Of a stretch of 41,197 nucleotides of DNA, positions 34,036-41,197 are shown one piece after another. Origin of the DNA: Torpedo marmorata (lineage: Eukaryota). The notes under the pieces are model-generated. The model was not told the DNA's origin. It saw nothing but the letters and a program-made list of their open reading frames with translations, and did no database searches. The number at the start of each line of letters is the position of its first letter. The stretch's first letter is position 1. Location: the NCBI GenBank assembly GCA_977017645.1, contig OZ360222.1, positions 188,502,804 through 188,544,000 on the forward strand. The letters are read 5' to 3'. The translations under genes were made by a program, and so were the position numbers.

Positions 34036-34832
34036 CATTGGAAAGATTTATGTAAATTAAGTATGACTAAAGTTATTAATGTGAGATATAGATTAGTACA
34101 ATATAATTTTTTTCATCAATTATATTTAACACCTAAAAAACTGAAGAAATTTAATCCAGCGTTATCAGATATGTTTTAGATGTAAAACTGAAATAGGTTC
34201 TTTTGTACACTGTACATGGTCATGTTCAAAAATACAAGATTTTTGGTTGAAAGTTAAGAATTTCTTAGAAAGAATTTTTAATGTTGGATTTATACTGGAT
34301 CCTATGTTATTTTTATTTGGAGATATTAAAAAATTTAGTATTAGAAATAGATTAAATATGTACCAAGTAGAATTTTTACGTATAGTATTAGCAGTCTCGA
34401 AAAAGTGTATAGCTATTACTTGGAAATCGGATGTCGATTTAAGTTTAGAACGATGGCATGCAGAGTTACGCTCATGTATACTATTAGAAAAAATTACTTA
34501 TAATTTGCGAAATAAATATCATTCTTTTTTGAAAATTTGGGGCCCATATATGAGGATTATGGGTTTAACAATGTAAATTCTCTAGATATCGGATCCACTG
34601 GCGAAAATAACCTCTAAGGTAAATTAGTTTTAAGTTTGTTGTCTCCTCATTCTATTTTTCTATCTTTCCTTATTCTTTTTCTCTTTTACTATATTTTATT
34701 TTGTTTTTAGAGTAGTGGGGATATAGGGGTTAGGGAGGGGAGAAAATGTATATCACATGTATTTTTGAAATATATGCAAAATTATTTTATGTATTTTGTG
34801 ATTTAAAAATTTAAATAAAATATTTTAAAAAA
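34036..34832 (+). mobile_element. 5'-truncated L1-clade LINE 3' end with full 3' UTR
   Basis: 16-bp TSD AGAAAGATGCAGATTT (34020-34035, 34833-34848). ORF2 C-terminus nearly identical to 24812-25339. AATAAA and a short A tail. Confidence 0.93.
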
Positions 34833-34954
34833 AGAAAGATGCAGATTTGTGCAGACAGATGCGCATGGACAAATTATTAATATATCATAGAAAATGCTAT
34901 TTATCCCATCCAAGAATTAGTTGAAACCATCTGTTAGGAAACTAAGTGTGAAGT

Positions 34955-35053
34955 ATAAAAAACACAAATGCTGGAGAAACTCAGCAGGTCAAACAGTGTC
35001 TTTTATGTAGCAAAGGTAGAAATACATAACCGACGTTTTGGGCTTGAGGTATG
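34955..35053 (-). mobile_element. Penelope pLTR fragment
   Basis: Close copy of 2187-2273 (AAAAACACAAATGCTGGAGAAACTCAGCAGGTCAA...ACATAACCGACGTTT). Confidence 0.78.
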
Positions 35054-35374
35054 TTGTCTAGACTGAACAGAAGAAGGAAGTCACTAATTTTCTTCAGAAT
35101 AATTATATATGACATTAAAATTCAATAGCTCAAGGTAATTTGGTTCACAAGCAAAATGCAGTAGTTTTATTAAATTTTGTCAATAGGCCCTCTGTATATG
35201 AAAACTGATCATCTGGTTCAACATCTTTTACTGGTATTTCAGTTTCCATAATGTTAAAACTATAGGTGCCTAAGATCAGCCTTGGATGATTGTCCCTTTT
35301 CAACTTTCGTCTTCCTCCCTTGTGCTCCCTACCATTTGCCTTGCCTGATAAAACATCTGAGACAGCGAAATAGT

Positions 35375-36258
35375 AGGCCTTTTTATAGTGCAACCGCGTA
35401 TTAAAGCCTGCTCAACGAAAAAAAATAAAGGAGAATTTACCATTTATAGAGAAGGCCTAAAAGGCTGATCCAGCGTTGCGTTTATACTGAGCAGCGTTGG
35501 GATCCGTCCTTTGGAGCTGAGGGAGGCGGACGAGTGGTGCAGTAGCGCCACCCGTCGCCGTGACGTCAAACATACGCGCCGAGCAATGGCCGTCTTCGTT
35601 ACCCATAATCCCCCACGCAGCTGGAACCGCTCTGCCAGTGCAATGCAGAGCGGTTCCAACTGCATGGAGGATTATGGGTAACGAAGACGGCCATTACCAT
35701 ATCGATCAACTCTCCAGTGTGCCTTTTATTCTTGAATAACAACATTTTTTTATCACAATTAGCACGTTCTTTAAGTATTTTACTTGAAATTAGTATTCAT
35801 TTCACTTTTATAATCAATCTGATTTTCTGCTGTTTGTGGTATTTAATGTGCTCTAAGGTATTTTAATAAAACGTGATCAACACTGGAACTAAGGTCGAGC
35901 TCCGCGGTGGGACACACGCAATGGCCCTCGGCCCCTCCATAATCAGCAGCATGCCGAGCTGCGGCACCCCGAGCCATCCCAAGCACCAATCACTGTGGGA
36001 TCCCTGGTGGTGGCTCCTGGGCCGCAGGCTGACGACGTCATCGCGATGTCATCAGCCCTCCCCTTTGTAGCCGCTTTCAGTGGCATTCGTTTTATGGAGG
36101 AGGTGGAGCGATTCACTTCACCTCTGCGTGTACCCCCCGAGGCGGATCGGTGTTCGACTGGCCAATCCACCATCGGACTTTTTATGGAGGTAAGTGAGGC
36201 GAAAAAGACAGAAATGTTCTGTCTTTACAGTCGTTTTCTTTGCACTATAAAAGGGGCT
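35375..36258. mobile_element. PIF/Harbinger-like non-autonomous DNA transposon
   Basis: 18-bp TIR AGGCCTTTTTATAGTGCA / TGCACTATAAAAGGGGCT (16/18); 3-bp TSD AGT; CpG-rich interior with palindromes. Confidence 0.65.
35585..35695. repeat. 51-bp inverted repeat with 9-nt loop
   Basis: 35585-35635 versus 35645-35695, 48/51 complementary. Confidence 0.95.
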
Positions 36259-36787
36259 AGTGTTTCAGGTGCATTCTTCAGAAGCTGGCTAAAAATAACT
36301 CCTGAGTTGTTGCATGACATTGTGGCAGTTCCTGTGGAAGCACTTGTACTTAGTGGGTGGAATTAATAAATGTACTAATGCAAAAAGCACAGTTGGTTTT
36401 TACATACAACTGATAAATATTTCTCTCTGATTCCCTGCAAACTTTTGAATAGCTTTCCCAGTTATTATTTCTTGTGTTTTTGGAAGAGTAAGACTAAATT
36501 ATGTTCTTTTAAACATTTTTCTGCCTTGTCATTTGGATGAAGTGACAGTGGTAAAAAAAATAATGCATGATCTTAAAAGGCAGGATTACAGACATCAAGG
36601 GGGCCTGCACCAGCTGATCCTTCCTTATTTGATAGCTGTAATAAATGTTCTTCTTTGGTGAATTCATGATTTATGCTTTTAAATGTATTGAATTTCAAAA
36701 CTTAGGCTAATTATGCACACAGTGCTTCAGTAAACCTGTGGTCAGATGTTTGGTATATTTTAATGAGTGATTTGTTTCATTGAGTTG

Positions 36788-37090
36788 GCACCAGGTTTAG
36801 GAACAGCTGCTACCCCTCTACCATCAGAATCCTCAATGACAAAGTCAAATCAGACTCATTTAAGGACTCTTACTGGTGCACTTTGTTGATTTTTCTTTGT
36901 ATTGCACAGTCAGTTTCATTTTCATTTTCAGTTTCATTCGTTACCTGCTTTTGATTGTTTACGCTGTGTACAGTTTACTTTTTGCACTACCAATTAGTGG
37001 TAATTCTGCCGTGCCCGCAGGAAAAAGAATCTCAGGGTTGTATGTGATGTCATGTATGTACTCTGACAATAAATCTGAAATCTGAATCTG
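36788..37090 (+). mobile_element. Rex1/Babar LINE 3' end
   Basis: TRFRNSCYPSTIRILN; tail CTGACAATAAATCTGAAATCTGAATCTG. Confidence 0.78.
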
Positions 37091-37177
37091 TGGTGAATTC
37101 TGTAATGGTGTAGTTTTTGGAGCTACAATATAGCATTGATTAGCTCGTTTATATTGACATCACTAATTATAATTCGA

Positions 37178-37338
37178 GCTTTGCCTGAAACCTGTTGGTG
37201 TTTCAGCACACGGAGATGTCGGTGAGGGAATGCTGCGGACTGGCACATTCCAGGCTGCAGGAGTACGTGCTAAGGGACGCACAGAGGCTTGGTGCAGCCA
37301 ATTCGAGGGTGCTGTGGGGGAAGGACCACGGTCTAGAG
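37178..37338 (+). mobile_element. Tx1-like (L1 clade) LINE ORF2 extreme C-terminal fragment
   Basis: NLLVFQHTEMSVRECCGLAHSRLQEYVLRDAQRLGAANSRVLWG..TTV* resembles elasmobranch Tx1-like ORF2 ends (recognised from memory, not searched). Confidence 0.55.
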
Positions 37339-37498
37339 CAGGGGTGGTCAAACGTGCTTAACGTAAGAGCCACATATGATAAACTTCAGATGTTTGAGAG
37401 CCGCAAGGCATGAAAAAATATTAGATGCACGTTTTTACTCTTGCATGCACATTTTGTTGTAAATATTTTATACAAATATAAAGAAATACTTGTATGTA
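37339..37498 (-). mobile_element. hAT Charlie-type element end, interrupted by the Gypsy insertion
   Basis: GTCTAGAG|CAGGGGTGGTCAAAC; reverse complement of 1650-1812 and 12115-12273. Confidence 0.88.
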
Positions 37499-37746
37499 TG
37501 TGGTAAACCACTTTATATGTATTGTGGCCTGAGGCAGGTATGACCATGACCTGTCTGTCTGTCCCGGTGACCCCTCCCCTTTTACCTGGAATAAAGGCCT
37601 TGAGCCAGCAACTCCTCCCCCAGTTCCGGGACAATCCAGCAGGGATCATCAGGTCAAGTCATAGCTAGCCCTGGCTTGATTCTGCTAATAAAAGCCTGTT
37701 AATTCCTGCACTTCTGGACTCGTGTTGGTTATTGATAGGTACGTCA
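37499..37746 (+). repeat. Gypsy 5' LTR (about 248 bp)
   Basis: Starts TGTGGTAAACC exactly where hAT homology stops; AATAAA at 37687; ends GTACGTCA. The second LTR is outside the window, so the edges are inferred. Confidence 0.7.
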
Positions 37747-37778
37747 ATTTTATTAGCAGTTTCAACGAAATACGATCA

Positions 37779-40700
37779 ATGGAAAATTTGTTGAAGCCAG
37801 ACAAGCTGGACATCGACCCCCTGGCCCAAGACGCTGCCAGCGATTTTGAACTTTGGCAACGCTGCTTCTTAGCCTACATGAGATCGTCTGGAGCAACTAC
37901 GGACGAGCAGAAACTCGATATCCTCATGTCTAGGGTAAGCAAGCGAGTGTATGGCGCCGTCAGAGACTGTAAGACTTTCGATGATGCCTTGGTCGCCCTC
38001 CAAACGCTGTACCTGACGCCTGCGAACGAGATTTTTGCAAGGCACCGGATATCGCAGCGGTACCAGCGCCCCGGAGAGTCGGTCTCCGAGTATATCCAAG
38101 ATGTGATGTTAATGGTGCGAGCGTGTGCATGTCGAGCCCTGACGGCTGAGCAACACTCCGAGATGCTGGCAAGGGACACTATTATAAAAGGGATCAGGTC
38201 AGGCTACATCCGCCAGCGATTGCTGGAACACGCTGACCTGACCCTGAAATCGACTGTCCAGAACATCCTGAATCTGGACTCAGCCCTGAAGAACGCTGAC
38301 GCTATGCAGGCTCAGCCTGCTTCTTGGATCGCCCCAGCCGTCAGCCCTACAAGCAACGCGACCGCCGCTGCCGACTACCGGGACCCGCTTGCCGCCGCCG
38401 ACGCTATCCGTGAGTTGGCCGCTGCCGCCGCTGCCCGAGAGCCCGCCGCTACCTGTGAGTTAACCGCCGCCGCTATCGCCCGGGAGCCCGAGAAGTGCTA
38501 CTTCTGCGGGCTCGACAAGCACCCGCGCAAGCGCTGCCCGGCCCGAGACGCGACTTGTTCTAGCTGTGGCAAGAAAGGCCACTACGCTAAGGTCTGCCGC
38601 TCCAAGTCGCGCACGGGTCCGAGCAGCGCCGCGTGCGAGGTACGGGAGCGGCCATCTTCCTCGACTCCACTTCCGGCGGAGACCTCGTGCGAGGTCTGGA
38701 GGCGGCCATCACTGCGCACCGCACTTCCGGTTTCCAGCGGCGCCACGTGCGACGGGAGGGGGCGGCCATCTTACATGACGTCACTTCCTGCGGGGACCTC
38801 GTGCGAGGACTGGAGGCGGCCATTTCCGATCTCTACATTTCCGGCACGGCCATTTTGTAATCTCACCGCAGCACTTCCAGCACTTCCAGCTCCACCCTTC
38901 CATAGCGACACATATGAGCTACGGGAACTACCAACGGATCAAGACGTCTCGTCGGATCAAGACTCCGTTTCGACCCTGGCATCCGTGACGCTGGACCAGA
39001 GTGCGCCCCATCAACTGTCCAGGTCGATGATGGACATTATCGTTGAGGGGCATAAGACCACCTGCCTGTTCGACACAGGCAGTACTGAAAGTTTTATTCA
39101 TCCGGACACTGCCCAGCGCTGTGGCCTCACCATTGTACCGGTAAGCCAGAGGGTGGCCATGGCGTCTGGAACGCACACAACAGACATCCGGGGGGGTTGT
39201 GTGGCGAATATAGTGGTACAGGGCACGGAATACCGAGAATTTTCACTGTTAATCATGCCTCGTTTGTGTGCTCCTGTACTGCTGGGGTTGGACTTCCAAA
39301 GCCACCTGCGTAGCGTCACCATGCACTATGATGGGCCCCACCCCCCGATCGTAGTGACTAACCCCCAATATTTAACTAACACGCCCCAGACTACCTGTGG
39401 TCTCTCCACGCTAAAGACCCAACCCCCGCCACTCTTCGCCAACCTGACCCCTGACTGTAAGCCCATCGCAACTAAAAGCAGGCGATACAGTACAGGGGAC
39501 AGGGCATTTATTAAGGCGGAGGTGCAGCGTTTACTGGGGGAAGGGATCATTGCACCCAGTAATAGCCCCTGGAGAGCTCAGGTAGTGGTGGTGAAGAACG
39601 GGGCTAAGAGCCGGATGGTGGTGGACTATAGTCAGACCATCAACCGGTTCACACAACTGGACGCCTATCCGCTGCCAAAGATCGCGGATATGGTCAACCA
39701 GATTGCCCAATTTAAAGTGTTCTCCACCATCGACCTTAAGTCGGCTTACCATCAGCTCCCGATCCGCCGGGAGGACCGAGTATACACCGCTTTCGAGGCG
39801 GACGGCAGATTATTCCATTTTCTGCGCGTCCCCTTCGGGGTAACAAATGGGGTATCCGTGTTCCAAAGGGAGATGGACAGGATCATTGACCAGTTCAAGC
39901 TCACTGCCACCTTCCCGTACCTGGACGACATCACCATCTGTGGTCATGACCGCCAGGATCACGATAGGAACCTTCGGAAGTTCTTACAGGCGGCCGAGAC
40001 GCTGAACCTCACATATAATAAGGAGAAATGCGTGTTCGGGACTACCCGACTCGCTATCCTGGGGTGCGTCGTGGAAAACGGGGTGATTGGACCCGACCCC
40101 GACCGCATGCGCCCCCTGTTGGAACTTCCGATCCCCGTTACCCCCAAAGCACTCAAACGATGCCTCGGGTTTTTCTCCTATTATGCGCAGTGGGTCCCCA
40201 ACTACTCGGACAAAGCCCGACCCCTCGTCAAATCCACCAAGTTTCCCCTGGCAGCGGAGGCACGTGAGGCTTTCGACCTCATAAAAGGGGACATCGCCCG
40301 AGCAGCGATGCACGCGGTGGACGAGTCGGAACCTTTCCAGGTAGAGAGTGACGCCTCGGACTTCGCACTAGCTGCCACCCTCAACCAGGCGGGAAGACCG
40401 GTAGCGTTTTTCTCCCGCACCCTTCAAGGCCCCGAAATTCGGCACTCCGCGGTAGAGAAGGAGGCCCAAGCCATTGTCGAGGCTGTTCGGCATTGGAGGC
40501 ACTATCTCGCCGGAAAACATTTTACCCTGCTGACGGACCAGCGCTCCGTCGCTTTCATGTTTAACTGCCAGCAGCGGGGTAAAATTAAAAATGACAAGAT
40601 CATGAGGTGGAGAATAGAGCTCTCCACCTACAATTACGACATCATTTACCGGCCCGGGAAGCTCAACGAGCCCCCTGACGCTCTATCCCGGGGATCGTGC

Positions 40701-41197
40701 GCCAGCGCGCAGATCGACCGATTATACTCCCTCCATAATGACCTCTGCCACCCAGGAGTTACCAGGCTGTTCCATTTCATTAAAGCACGGAACCTGCCTT
40801 TCTCCCTGGACGAGGTCAAGACCATGACCAGCAGCTGCCGAGTCTGTGCGGAATGCAAACCGCAGTACTACCGCCCCGACAGAGCACAGCTGGTCAAAGC
40901 CACCCGCCCGTTCGAACGTCTCAGTATAGACTTCAAGGGCCCCCTTCCATCCACGAACCGCAATGTGTACTTCCTTAATATCATCGATGAGTACTCGCGG
41001 TTCCCCTTTGCCATCCCCTGCCCAGATACCTCGGCGGCGTCGGCTATCAAGGCTCTCCACCAGGTTTTCACCGTGTTCGGGTTCCCCAGCTACATCCACA
41101 GCGACCGGGGGTCCGCGTTCATGAGTGGGGAGCTGCGACAGCACTTGCAGACCCGAGGCATCGCTACCAGCAGGACCACGGGGTACAACCCACGGGG
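37779..41197 (+). CDS. Gypsy Gag-Pol polyprotein, more than 1139 aa, 3'-partial, no stop seen
   Basis: MENLLKPDKLDIDP...; CYFCGLDKHPRKRCPARDATCSSCGKKGHYAKVC (two CCHC, about 38496-38597); LFDTGS (39072); YLDD (39918); ESDASD (40350); H..LCHPG...CRVC; IDFKGP (40929); HSDRGS. All motifs are in one frame. Confidence 0.95.
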   Translation, partial: MENLLKPDKLDIDPLAQDAASDFELWQRCFLAYMRSSGATTDEQKLDILMSRVSKRVYGAVRDCKTFDDALVALQTLYLTPANEIFARHRISQRYQRPGESVSEYIQDVMLMVRACACRALTAEQHSEMLARDTIIKGIRSGYIRQRLLEHADLTLKSTVQNILNLDSALKNADAMQAQPASWIAPAVSPTSNATAAADYRDPLAAADAIRELAAAAAAREPAATCELTAAAIAREPEKCYFCGLDKHPRKRCPARDATCSSCGKKGHYAKVCRSKSRTGPSSAACEVRERPSSSTPLPAETSCEVWRRPSLRTALPVSSGATCDGRGRPSYMTSLPAGTSCEDWRRPFPISTFPARPFCNLTAALPALPAPPFHSDTYELRELPTDQDVSSDQDSVSTLASVTLDQSAPHQLSRSMMDIIVEGHKTTCLFDTGSTESFIHPDTAQRCGLTIVPVSQRVAMASGTHTTDIRGGCVANIVVQGTEYREFSLLIMPRLCAPVLLGLDFQSHLRSVTMHYDGPHPPIVVTNPQYLTNTPQTTCGLSTLKTQPPPLFANLTPDCKPIATKSRRYSTGDRAFIKAEVQRLLGEGIIAPSNSPWRAQVVVVKNGAKSRMVVDYSQTINRFTQLDAYPLPKIADMVNQIAQFKVFSTIDLKSAYHQLPIRREDRVYTAFEADGRLFHFLRVPFGVTNGVSVFQREMDRIIDQFKLTATFPYLDDITICGHDRQDHDRNLRKFLQAAETLNLTYNKEKCVFGTTRLAILGCVVENGVIGPDPDRMRPLLELPIPVTPKALKRCLGFFSYYAQWVPNYSDKARPLVKSTKFPLAAEAREAFDLIKGDIARAAMHAVDESEPFQVESDASDFALAATLNQAGRPVAFFSRTLQGPEIRHSAVEKEAQAIVEAVRHWRHYLAGKHFTLLTDQRSVAFMFNCQQRGKIKNDKIMRWRIELSTYNYDIIYRPGKLNEPPDALSRGSCASAQIDRLYSLHNDLCHPGVTRLFHFIKARNLPFSLDEVKTMTSSCRVCAECKPQYYRPDRAQLVKATRPFERLSIDFKGPLPSTNRNVYFLNIIDEYSRFPFAIPCPDTSAASAIKALHQVFTVFGFPSYIHSDRGSAFMSGELRQHLQTRGIATSRTTGYNPR

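Larger units (their letters stand above)
37499..41197 (+). mobile_element. Ty3/Gypsy LTR retrotransposon (Mag-like Gag), runs off window end
   Basis: TG...CA LTR followed by a single gag-pol ORF in the order PR-RT-RH-IN. Confidence 0.96.

Noticed and set aside
34036-34055. L1 5' truncation point about a dozen bp from where the MITE inserted in the sister L1
   Set aside because: Single coincidence; this copy has its own TSD and no MITE footprint.
35145-35393. 82-aa minus ORF as host exon
   Set aside because: No recognisable homology, it starts inside a MITE TIR, and splice sites are not convincing.
37869-41144. Many short minus-strand and alternative-frame ORFs
   Set aside because: Shadows of the GC-rich gag-pol frame.

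Overview
Eukaryotic, transposon-dense intronic or intergenic DNA. The repeat mix (HE1-like V-SINEs, CR1, Rex1/Babar, Penelope pLTR ends) points to a cartilaginous fish, probably a ray; this is an inference. I see no convincing host protein-coding gene, and almost all ORFs in the track are TE fragments, low-complexity artefacts or antisense shadows. Main elements: (1) an internally deleted BEL/Pao LTR element (2305-8735, minus) with about 600-bp LTRs, a CATAC TSD, a SAP-domain Gag and two nested L1 3' ends, sitting inside a Penelope end that carries a hammerhead-like motif; (2) three pieces of one hAT-Charlie-type family, one with a transposase C-terminal remnant; (3) Tc1/mariner-type MITEs, one with a 27-bp minisatellite nested in an L1 that is itself inside a V-SINE; (4) a PIF/Harbinger-like MITE with a 51-bp hairpin; (5) a young Gypsy element from 37499 whose uninterrupted gag-pol ORF (37779 to the window end) is missing from the ORF track. 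The most intriguing signal is that this Gypsy has no tRNA PBS. The 12 nt after its 5' LTR are instead perfectly complementary to the LTR's own AATAAA region, suggesting self-priming or poly(A)-signal occlusion. A weaker analogue occurs in the BEL element. All alignments were done by eye; edges of degraded repeats are approximate.
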